NCBI GenBank assembly: GCA_951406725.2
Contig: OX597818.1
Coordinates: 119,598,001 to 119,662,000 of the forward strand
Origin: Octopus vulgaris
Lineage: Eukaryota
Reading direction: 5' to 3'
DNA length: 64,000 nucleotides
The notes below the pieces were generated by a model. The model saw only the letters and a list, made by a program, of their open reading frames with translations. It did not search any database and was not told where the DNA came from. The position numbers and the translations under genes were made by a program. The number at the start of each line of letters is the position of its first letter. The first letter of the stretch is position 1. Of the stretch, positions 53,198-64,000 are shown in pieces.

Positions 53198-53599
53198 TAG
53201 TACTAGATATGGAAATGTACGTTTTCGTAACCTTGATGATTGATTTCGCAGAAGAGACAGATTTAACAACGAAGTACAAAATTAATCTGTGGTACACATG
53301 ACTTTTGAAGTTATCATTGCAAAGCTATTTAGCCATCCTCTACTTAGAAATCCCTGTGTCCAACACTATGAGATATCTGGAGTATTGTAGAAAGTATGGA
53401 TGGTATACAGGGATAAAATCCATTTCAAAGGATCTATCTTCCAATACTACAAGAGTTTCACATTTTGGCACAGGGCCAGCAATTTTGAAGGGGGTAGAGA
53501 ATCGCGTATATCGACCCCAAAAGAGTCAGCCTCGGTGATATTTGAACCTAGAACTTGAAGAGTCGGAATCATCCAAATACTAAAATAAGAGCAACAATA

Positions 53600-53980
53600 C
53601 ACACGTGGTATTCTGTCGGTTACGACGACGAAAGTTCCAGTTGATCCGATCAACGGAATAGCTTGATCAGGAAATTAACGTGTAAGTGACTGAGCACTCC
53701 ACAGACACGTGTACCCTTAATGTAGTTCTCGGGGAGATACAGTATGACACAGAATGTGACAAGGATGGCCCTTTGAAATACAGGTACAACAGAAACAGGA
53801 AGAAAAGAGAAAGTTGTAGTGAAAGAGTACAGCAGGTTTCGCCACCATTCCCTTCCGGAGCCTCATGGAGGTTTAGGTGTTTTCGCTCAATAAACACTCA
53901 CAAAGCCCGGTCTGGGAATAGAAGCCACGATACCACGACCGTGAGTCCGCTGCCCTAACCACTGGGCCATTGCGCCTCCA
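53600..53980 (-). mobile_element. tRNA-derived SINE family D, near full-length
   Basis: Head GGAGGCGCAATGGCCCAGTGGTTAGGGCAGCGGACTC; homologous to the 38038 copy. Confidence 0.8.
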
Positions 53981-54241
53981 CGAAGAGCAACAATAAACAG
54001 TACTTGTTGCTGTCACGCATTTGTTCCATTAACTGCCACCTCTTCTAAACGGCTCTGTGCATTTTCACACTGGACCCCTAATTATGTACATTGTATCTAG
54101 CTCGAGTTGGGAAGAAAGATGATGGTTTAGGCGTATGCAGATAACAATCACCGTCATCGGATACCGAAGCGATCAGCGCCAAATTAGAAAAGCACTAAGT
54201 TGTAATTAAAGATTTAACTATGTTATGTCTATGTCATCGCA

Positions 54242-54659
54242 GGGATCTTTTCGGTTTGACCGGCAGTATTTTCTAGCGGTGTCATATGAAATTGTCACCC
54301 ATAATTATGACCCTAGTATCGATCTATTGCATTTCAATCTGTTTTAGGGTTAGGGTTAGGGGTGGGGAAATGGTATCTTTTTTTTCTTCAGAAATGTAAA
54401 TAAACCCAATCTGTTTCTTAAACGAGGGACATATTCATACAGCATAGAATGTTTTCACCTCAATAGAGGTCATTGATTGGTTGAAATTGCAGAAATTGAA
54501 GAAAAAAACGACAAATATCTTACAAACTATAGAATTTTCTCAATAAAGCCAAGAGAAAAAGATGTTTTATAAACACATTCTACTAGTATACGAAGTTTAA
54601 AAGTGTTTAGTTACGTGGAAATTATTTTTAAAAACTGCCATTCAAACCGAAAAGATCCC
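54242..54659. mobile_element. MITE with about 30-bp TIRs and 6-bp TSD
   Basis: GGGATCTTTTCGGTTTGA / TCAAACCGAAAAGATCCC; ATCGCA at 54236-54241 and 54660-54665. Confidence 0.9.
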
Positions 54660-55058
54660 ATCGCAGCTCAACGCCCGTGGGTATTGGTTACTATTGTCAT
54701 TACTATTTTGTTTTTCCTTTAATCAGGAGAGAAGGTAGTGCCTGTGACCTGTTACGAGGCCTCCGAAATTGGTGGGAGAGAAGAAAATATCTTCAAACCA
54801 AAAACCTGATCTAAATACTTACAACACAGTTGACTCAGCTAAAGACACCTCGAATGCCAGATCATGATGTTAAACTAGGCGGTCAGCTAAGTTTCGTTCT
54901 CAAGTAGTCCATGGTGGGATTGGAACTCAGAGTGTAGAGAGTTAGAACAAATACCATGCGGTATTCTGTTCGGTGTTCAAACGATTCACCAATTCACCAC
55001 CGCCTGGGTTGACTGTCAGAGTCTAGTACGCATCTGTGTAATATTAATTATTTTCAAA

Positions 55059-55445
55059 GGCGGCGAGCTGACAGAATCGTTAGCACGCCGGGCGAAATGC
55101 GTAGCCGTATTTCGTCTGCCGTTACGTTTTGAGTTCAAATTCCGCCGAGGTCGACTTTGCTTTTCATCATTTCGGGGTCGGTTAAATAAGTACCAGTTAC
55201 GCAATGGGGTCGATATAATCGACTTAATCCCTTTGTCTGTCCTTCTTTGTCTTCTCTGTGTGGGTAGTGAAGAAATAGGTTTTTCGTCTGCCGCTACGTT
55301 CTGAGTTCAAATTCCACCGAGGTCGACTTTGCCTTTCATCCTTTCGGGGTCGATAAATTAAGTACCAGTTGCGTACTGGGGTCGATCTAATCGACTAGCC
55401 CCCCTCCTCAAAAATTTCGGGCCTTGTGGCTAGAGTAGAAAAGAA
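55059..55445 (+). mobile_element. Nested SINE-B pair
   Basis: Tx1-type tail ends at 55277, directly followed by GGTTTTTCGTCTGCCG of a second unit. Confidence 0.85.
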
Positions 55446-56564
55446 TTGTTAACAAATTGCTTAGCACCTTTCCATCCGGCTTTACATTGTAAGTCTAAAT
55501 TTCTCTGAGACTGACTTTGCTTTTCATCCTTTCAGGGTCTATGAAATAAGTGCCAGTTGATCCATATTATCCACTAGACCCCCTTCTTCCAAAATATCAG
55601 GCCTACATTAAAAACAATAGTTACAATATTAATATTTCTAGTTAACAGACTTTCGAACCTGCTATGTAAGTAATCACCGTTTCATTTGCTGTCTATAACT
55701 TTAGCGATATTCAATCTAAAATTGATCATATTCACTAGAATGCATATATACATTACATTTATGCTTTCATAGAGCTTAATAATTTCTCCTGTAGGCTGAA
55801 ACAGATAATAATCGTTCTGTGACATATTTATAATTCGGCGAGTGATTATCACTATTTTAATCATAAATCTAAACCTACAATTTATACATGCTATTTTACG
55901 TCAGATTTAAATGAGCTATTAACTGCTAATTCACGAATCTGCTACGTGATAATCGACCTACGCATAGCTAAAAGACAAAAAATGGTAACTCAATGCATTT
56001 AATGACCTATACCTAAGAATTTATAACCAACAAATATAGGAGTGGAATAAATTGATTTTTTTAAATAAAATTCACATAATCTCCTCCCACCTAAACTTTA
56101 CATCGAAATAATAATAAATAATAAATTTAACGTTCCCCTGATTAAATTCGCTCGATCGTTTTAATACAGACATCTCACCCTATTTTTATGCAACTACAGA
56201 CGTACACACAAACACACACACACATGCTCTAACAGACCAGTCACAAATCTTCAGTTACCATGTAATAACAGACATGAGTCACCATTGTTATGATTGCTAT
56301 TAAGTGAAAATTGTACGCACACAAACAATTTTAACAACTTTATGGTTGTTTTTCACTCCTACACATCTGACTTTCAATTCACCCTTTCCGTTCAACTTTG
56401 CCTCACTTTTAATTCTTCCTTTATCTTTCTTTTCTGGTAGTCGCATCCATCAACACCTAGACAGCTCCTCCTACGTATAAATCATTCTAATATAGGCACA
56501 AGGCCAGCAATTTTAAAAAGTGGGGACAAGGAAGGAGCAAGTCGCCCCCTGTTCTCGACTGGTA

Positions 56565-56970
56565 CTCTCTTTTTTTTTACTTGTTTCAGTCATTTGCCTG
56601 CGGCCATGCTGGAGCACCACCATTGGTCGAGCAAATCAACCCCAGGACTTACTCTTTGTAAGCCTAGTACTTATTCTATCGGTCTCTTTTGCCGAACCGC
56701 TAAGTTACGGGGACGTAAACACACCACCATCGGTTGTCAAGCGATGTTGAGGGGGGACAAACAGACACACAAACATATACACACACATACATATATATAT
56801 ATATATGTATATACGACGGGCTTCTTTCAGTTTCCGTCTACCAAATCCACTCACAAGGCTTTGGTCGGCCCGAGGCTATAGTAGCAAATACTTACCCAAA
56901 GTGCCACGCAGTGGGACTGAACCCGGAACCATGTGGTTGGTAAGCAGGCTATTTACTACACAGCCACTCC
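56565..56970 (-). mobile_element. SINE family A, near full-length
   Basis: Sequence match to SINE-A. Confidence 0.9.
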
Positions 56971-57208
56971 ACATCACCAACATCATCATCATTATCAACC
57001 TCACTGTCAATATTTAGCAGTGACACTTCTACAGTTTCGTTATTGCTGGCGTGATATATTTATTTCATCATTTCTAAGTCTTCATAATTACTAATATTTT
57101 GAAGAATTACTTGTCCTTTCTTTACTGCAGACCACAAATCAGTCATGAGCAGTGACTATAAGCAAATTCTAGTTTATCTACTAAGTAAGAAAATATCAGT
57201 CTTTATAT

Positions 57209-57255
<47 letters not shown>

Positions 57256-57417
57256 GGGGGTGTATTTATATATGTATAGTCAGAAAGATAGAGGAATGTA
57301 AATGTGTATGTATGTAGACAGACAGATAGCTAGATAGGTAGAGGCATTGGTACTTGCATATATATGAATATACACAAATACCCACTCACACATATATACA
57401 TAGTAAATACATATATA

Positions 57418-57448
<31 letters not shown>

Positions 57449-57759
57449 GTGTTTATAGATAGATAGATAGATAGATAGATATATACATACATATATATTT
57501 AATGAATATATATATGAGTGCGTATATGTATGTACGTATGTGTGTATATACGTAAGTATGTACGTATGTATGTACGTATGTATGTATGTACGTATGTATG
57601 TATGTATGTGTGCATGTATGTATCTATGTATGTACGCATGTACGTATGTATGTATGCATGTATGTACGTATGTTTATGAGCACCATAATCATTTAAGTAA
57701 AATATCTATAATATCCTTCCTTGTCATCATTGTAAATAGTTTCCCCAGGAAATATTGAT

Positions 57760-58430
57760 ATAATTATCCTTGGAAAATAGCCATGCTAGAATTTAATATA
57801 CGCTTCCATTCTTTCATTTTGACACAAGAAGACGTTTGACCCGTTTTTAATTTGTTCTTTTCCGTGTTGTTTCTCGCTTTGTTTGCAATTGGAAGCATGC
57901 TAGCAAAATAACAGCATCGCATAAAAAGCTGATGATGGATTTCCCTGACGAGAATCGGACTAATGTTTGTAATGTTAAAGAAACATATGTCCATCAGTAA
58001 CAAACTCATTTATTTGTTGCAAAACGGAATTAGAACAAGCTTTTTTCATGGCTATATTAAAAACATCGCAGGCCTATACAAGATATCTGCCAACAGCGTA
58101 TTTCTGAGTATTGACTACTTCAAAACTTTTCTCTTTTACTTGACAATATTACAACAGTTTACTTATAATTTCTTATTAGTTTTCGTGCTAATGTTATAAT
58201 AGTTTTTTATCTATTATTTTTCTAAGTATTTTCTCTTTTTTTTTTTGTATAGCTGTAATGATGATGTTACAGCTGTTAAATGTCATAACATTGGCCAAGA
58301 CATTCTCATCTTATAACAGTTTCCAATATTATTTTTAATTATTTCGTAATAGCAAAGACAAACCTAAACGTAATCATGGGCGTTGGAATTATATAAAGGG
58401 CATTAAACATATATCACGTCTTCTCTTCAA
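57760..58430 (-). mobile_element. Possible decayed Helitron Pif1-helicase C-terminus
   Basis: Weak ordered motifs VLIP, QLFMRCCYFA, NKLKTGQT, FQG*LY (cf. VLIPRI, QFPIRLCFAM, INKSQGQT, FSHGQLY). Confidence 0.35.
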
Positions 58431-58512
58431 ACTTATGTAAAGGAAAATTAGATAACTTTATTATATTATTCTTTTACTGCCTTCAGTCCTTAGAAATTTT
58501 AATTTCCATGTT

Positions 58513-58935
58513 TAGGCACAGGCAAGGCTGTGTAGTAAGAAGTTTGTTTTCCAACCACATGGTTCCAGGTTCAGTCCCATTGCGTGGCACCTTGGGCAAG
58601 TGTCTTCACAAGATTTTGGTCAGCCTCGAGCTGACCAGAGACTTGTGGGTGAATTTTGTAGACGGAAACTGAAGGAAGACCATTGAATATATATGTATGT
58701 GTGTGCGTATCTTTGTGTCTGTGTTTCTCCCCCCACCACCACCACCACTGCTTGACAACCAGTGTTGGGGCATTTACGTCCCTGTAACTTAGCGGTTCGG
58801 CGAAAGTGATCTATAGAATAAGTACTATGCTAAAAGAAAAAGTGCTGAGATAGATTGATTCAACCAAAATTCTTCAAGACGGTGCACCAGCTTGGTCGCA
58901 GTCTAATGACCGAAACAAAAAATAAAGATAAAGAT
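58513..58935 (+). mobile_element. SINE family A, older full-length copy
   Basis: Diverged head, core and tail. Confidence 0.85.
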
Positions 58936-59618
58936 ATTTATTCTGATTCTTATTTCAGATACTATCTCGGACAACAATAACCAATGTGTCCTTCATTTCT
59001 AAAACGGTTCAGTAAGTTTGAGGCAGATTTGGCTGTTGTTTCTTACAGTTCGAGTGAACGCACACATAAATAGTGTGATTCGGGTTACATCACACATAAT
59101 TTTAGACCAAAGAGTCTTCAATTAGTTCTTACTTCTAACTTACTGTCCCATTTATCCACGCCAACACAATATGCTAATGTTGCCATTCTTACTGGAAAGC
59201 AGCGCGCCCAGTTCGACCCTCTCTCCTGAAGCAATTCAATCTCGGTCATTACTCAACATCCTTGTTTATAACCAACAAAGTAAGGCTACTCACTCATCCT
59301 TATCAAAGTTAATCGGTGGACAATGAAGAATTCAACGGAGATTGAAAACTAAAACTGGCTAGAAATTTATAACTTAAAAGAGAAAACAGGTCAGATTTTT
59401 GTTGCAAAAGCCAATTCTTTAGTCAAAAATAACTTCAGAAAAATGAAACAATGAAAACAGATACTAATATTTTTTTCTATGGCAAAAACCCAACACCGTA
59501 ATGAATATCGACAGATGAATAATCTATCAATATAATGTTGTGTAGAAACGAGCTGGAAAGTGAATACATGAATTAGAAATATTATGGCATTTAAGAAATA
59601 TTTTTATCGTTCCATTTG

Positions 59619-59851
59619 TTATTTCTTTACTGCCCACAAGGGACTACACACAGAGGGGACAAACAAGGACAGACAAACGGATTAAGTCGATTATATCGGC
59701 CCCAGTGAGTAACTGGTACTTATTTAATCGACTCCGAAAGGATGAAAGGCAAAGTCGATCTCGGCGGAATTTGAACTCAGAACGTAGCGGCAGACGAAAT
59801 ACTGCTAAGCATTTCGCCCGGCGTGCTAACGTTTCTGCCAGCTCGCCGCCT
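59619..59851 (-). mobile_element. SINE family B, full-length, Tx1-like tail
   Basis: Sequence match to SINE-B. Confidence 0.9.
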
Positions 59852-59989
59852 TCCTATCGTCTCATTTGTAATTGGTACAAAACCTTATATCCATTGTTCA
59901 TGAGGCACGTCATTTTGCAGCTTGTCTCTGTGACGCAACTACAATCCTAAGTGAAACAAAGCCTAGAACCTAATGCCATTCTAGGTTGT

Positions 59990-60412
59990 AGTCTAGAATG
60001 TTGTCAGGCGCTCATCGCTTTCTGCCAGTCGAACAGTGGGATCAAGGACATTCCATTCAAGCAATCCTAAGAGAATTAGTGGATATAAAAAGTGACGAGG
60101 TTCTCGGAAAGATTCTTAATCTCGACGTAAAAGAAATGACTTGTCTGTTCCGGAGAAGTTTCTGATCGGGGATTACAATGGGAAAGAAATTTCCAGGAGT
60201 CTTTGACCTGACAGAGCTACGGAGTGATACTACCGGTTCGAGAGAAACTCCACAGGCACGGATGTGCCGTCAGAGGGGCTTGTCTGAGATCTACGGGGCG
60301 TGAGGAAACCGTTCTACACGCACTCATTTAGTGTCCGGGTATTGCTGACTTGTGAAGTTATGTCGAACAGCTACTGTCACATATGGGAAGGATCCGGTAA
60401 TCCTACGAGTAC
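59990..60412 (+). mobile_element. Decayed Tx1 ORF2 C-terminal fragment
   Basis: ECCQALI, LPVREKLHRHGCAV, EETVLHALI*CP, VEQLLSHMGR are homologous to 49420-49820. Confidence 0.8.
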
Positions 60413-60429
60413 ATAAATCGGCTGCTATT

Positions 60430-60461
60430 AATCGGCACAAACTTTCCGGACAGCCCAATAT
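60430..60461. mobile_element. Solo mariner right TIR
   Basis: AATCGGCACAAACTTTCCGGACAGCCCAATA matches the TIR at 53169-53199. Confidence 0.7.
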
Positions 60462-61829
60462 AATTATTTCTTTTACTATTGTTGGCTTGTTGAGATAATC
60501 TTTCTAATTGTCACAACGTCTTAAAATATACAACTAAAACCTGAACTATTTGTAACACAAAGTTCAAGCTTTAGTTTTGATTATTATTTTTTAGACGTTG
60601 AGGCCATTCTATTCTCGAAGATACTTCAATTTGACTTTAAAATTTCAAGTTAGAGACAAACATAAAAACAAAACTCGGAACTGTCCCATATTTTTCTAAT
60701 GCATTTTGTTAGTCGATGATTCTGTCAGAGCCTGCATTTTATTTTAATTTTACAGCACGGAAATATGTTAAGTTCAGCAAATATAACCGTCCGTTGGGGA
60801 TTACAGTTGCCTCATAAAAAGTGTGACCTTTCTCCCGAAGGACGTACAGTAAATTTTGGGGATTTACTTTGTAAAAGAAATAGCATCATCAACGCCTGTA
60901 AATTCGGTATGTGTTGAGGCCATTTCACTTTCCTTAGGTCATTAATACATTAGTAAAATGCACAAGAGTCTCATAATCTGTTTTTGATTTCACAATAAAT
61001 CTCTAACATTTTCTCGTAAATGTAAAAAAATCAATGTCTCTATATATTCCAAAATAACAGAGTTACGGAAACTGGAGAGTGAGATAATGTCGGTCGTGAA
61101 CTGAAAGAATTAGATCTTTCGCTTGTTTCTGTCATTAAACTGCGATTAAGCTGGGGCACCGCCTTGATTAAACTGCTGGTTTCTTAAAAAGCTTGGAGTT
61201 GAATTATGTCGAGCAGGCTGCCAGCCGACGACTGTTCACAGACGCGCTCCCACTACTGTAAGATGTGCAAGCATGTATGAGATTGTTGAGCTTATGTGGA
61301 GTGGAAAAGATAACATGGGGTTGCGATTCGAGACGATATGTACAAACGTAATAGCTAGCCATGTATAATCAGGTGTAATAATTGTTTCAATTTTGTCAAA
61401 AAGCCAGTAACTGGGGAAAGAGAAGCCGATTACATCGACCCTGGTACTTGATAAATTATTGATTTAATCAACTCCGAAGGGATGAAAGGCAAAGTTGACC
61501 TCGGCGGTATTTGAACTCAGAACATAAATAGCCGGAAGAAATTCTACTAAACATTTTGTCCGGCACAGTGTCGATTACGCCAGCTCACTGCCTCGATTGG
61601 GAGCAATGCCTACATGTTAGGATGTATGCATGAGCGGATGGACGTGAGGGGGAGTGTAGGTAGCAACAATTAATGGTTTGGATGTAAACAAAGCATCAAA
61701 CATACGGAAGCTGTGGATGGTGTATATTGTTCATGAGTAGAAGTTCATCAGTGCGTGCGTCGACTTATCAATATGCTACGGATACCAAGCTGTTGTCACA
61801 GCATCCTTCTAGAAGCAGGACATCCTTCT

Positions 61830-62215
61830 GATGTAAAACCAGCAGTTTCACGTGGTCGTCTCTCGTTGGCCCACCACTAGTTACTGTCCTGATGTCATAT
61901 GGACTGCATATCCTTTTGCATCTTTTCCGAGAGGCTTTTCACATAGGGTAGACAGACTGTGGTCAGTTTATGGGTTTCATCCTCTTTCCTGTTCCTAATT
62001 GGAGTGGATAGTATGTTTTGTGGGTAGTTGTTGCTTAACTTAGCTTGATCATTTCTTCGTGGTGTGTATCGGGACCGCTACTTATACACTTTGCTCGATA
62101 TTTTAGGCACTGAGTAATCCCTCTCATTGCACTGTATGGATAGTGGGAATTGAAGTTGAGGTATCGCCCAGTGAAGGTTCGCTTGCGATATATGGATAAC
62201 CAGATTCCATGTCCA
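61830..62215 (-). mobile_element. Penelope/Poseidon-like RT thumb-linker fragment
   Basis: IYRKRTFTGRYLNFNSHYP...YRA...NNYP...LPYVKSLSEK. Confidence 0.75.
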
Positions 62216-62230
62216 GTACCTTAAATAAAC

Positions 62231-62262
<32 letters not shown>

Positions 62263-62393
62263 TAATAATATCATTAAAAAATACCTTAGGAATGTGAACC
62301 AGAAATCAACCGAAGCGTTATGGTAACAACAAACGAGATGAGGACACATTTCCGTAAATAACGTAAATAATGTACAGAATTCTTCATCGAAAA

Positions 62394-62434
<41 letters not shown>

Positions 62435-62832
62435 ACAGCATACATATGTAAGCATACTTGCATGTTGTATACATAAATATATATAGATTGACTCTTAACT
62501 ATATACATATATTTTTTTAGCTAAACTAGGTGTGACGTTAAATTTTCTTCCTCTTCATACGTACAAATGTATACACCGATTATTATAGAATTATATAAGC
62601 GTATATCCATGCAGACCGTACCAAAACGTTCGACCATTCTTTCTTATATCTTATTTTTTCCATTTTCTTATCTTTAGACACACAAAAAATTTTACGAATT
62701 GTTATTGATTACTAATGTTCCAGAGAAAAGGTTTAATTCTTGTGGGAAATATCTACCACAGTTCTTATGTGATTATTTCATTTATGAACACACACACATA
62801 CACACACACTTACAAACATACACACACACATG

Positions 62833-62882
<50 letters not shown>

Positions 62883-62955
62883 AGATAGATAGATAGAACA
62901 CATATATATATTGAAAGGAAGAAGATAAAAATATAAGCATGTATGTCTGTATGTG

Positions 62956-63000
<45 letters not shown>

Positions 63001-63299
63001 TGTATGCATGTATGCACGTATGTATTTGTATATATACACAAACATATATATATACATATATATAAATATTCATTTGTATGTATATATATATGTATATATA
63101 TATATTTTTTTTGTGTGTGTGTGTGTGTGTGCTTGTGTGTGTGTGTTTAGATATACATACATATACATATGGATGCAGATGTATGCATATATGTATGTCT
63201 TGGTGTATAATTTGTTTATCATCCTCCATTCATTGCCTTTTCTTTCGCTATTTACTTTCAACATGTTCATTCTCCATTTACTTTTCCTATTTACTTTCA

Positions 63300-63600
63300 T
63301 TCTTAACTCTGTCACAATATTCTTCATTTATGGGAAGACTGCCATGTATACAGTTAGAACTTTTCGAGACCCATATCTATGGCTTCATGGTAATTCTCCA
63401 CATCACATCCCTTTCTGCTGGGGTTCATATCCCAGTCTTGTCAGTGTAATTTATCAATCCTCTCTTCTATGTAATGTTAATAGTCGTGCAGTTATAGTCG
63501 TATACCCGACATCAATGTTTAATGTAACATTTGTAGAAAAACGTCATCAACGATCACTTTCATATTAACGTTTACTGGATTGTATGTTGACTGCCATGTC
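63300..63600 (-). mobile_element. Possible decayed PLE GIY-YIG endonuclease fragment
   Basis: VGYTTITARLLTLH resembles YIGxTxxxLxxRLxxH. Confidence 0.35.
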
Positions 63601-63624
63601 CGGTGCATCCGTTATTTATTCCCC

Positions 63625-63841
63625 CTTTTACTTTTGCTGTTTCAGTCATTGGATTCCGGTTGTGCTGGAACACCGCCTAGAAAGGGTTTCTGTCGAAAGA
63701 ATACACTTGGTGTGACATAAAAGACACGTATATGCAATACATGCAAACCATACAAATTTTGTTAAGTTTGGTATTTACTCTAACCGTTTCTTTCGCCAAA
63801 TCGCCAAGTAACTGGGACGTGAAAAAATTCAACACCGGTTG

Positions 63842-63926
<85 letters not shown>

Positions 63927-64000
63927 CGCAGGAGTGGCTGTGTGGTAAGACGTTTGCTTCCCAACCACATGGTTCCGGTTTCAGTTCCACTGCCTGGCAC
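63625..64000. mobile_element. SINE-A 3' half (minus, 63625-63845) and SINE-A head (plus, 63922-64000)
   Basis: Sequence match to SINE-A. Confidence 0.8.

Noticed and set aside
54344-54367. Interstitial telomere or chromosome-fusion scar
   Set aside because: Only three units, and internal to a TIR element
60500-61050. Possible further Helitron coding remnant
   Set aside because: Motif similarity too weak to call

Overview
AT-rich, gene-poor eukaryotic DNA saturated with (AT)n/(AC)n/(ATAC)n microsatellites and tRNA-derived SINEs. The repeat content resembles an octopod cephalopod (Octopus-like) genome; this is inferred from recognition, not from a search. No intact host protein-coding gene is supported, and most listed ORFs are microsatellite or SINE translations. 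The window holds SINEs (called A-D here), Tx1, CR1, RTE, RLE-type and Penelope-like retroelements, mariner/hAT/Helitron remnants, a MITE, hammerhead ribozyme motifs and a truncated WDR74/NSA1 pseudogene. The main system is at 42811-50364. Two different Tx1-clade elements, one ORF1-only and one full ORF1+ORF2, sit in tandem at the same position in the tRNA-like head of a SINE-A copy, and the target AAGTAGCTT occurs three times. Their 3' tail is also shared by SINE-B, whose copies repeatedly sit inside other SINE-B heads. This suggests a SINE-head-targeting Tx1 retrotransposon with non-autonomous partners.
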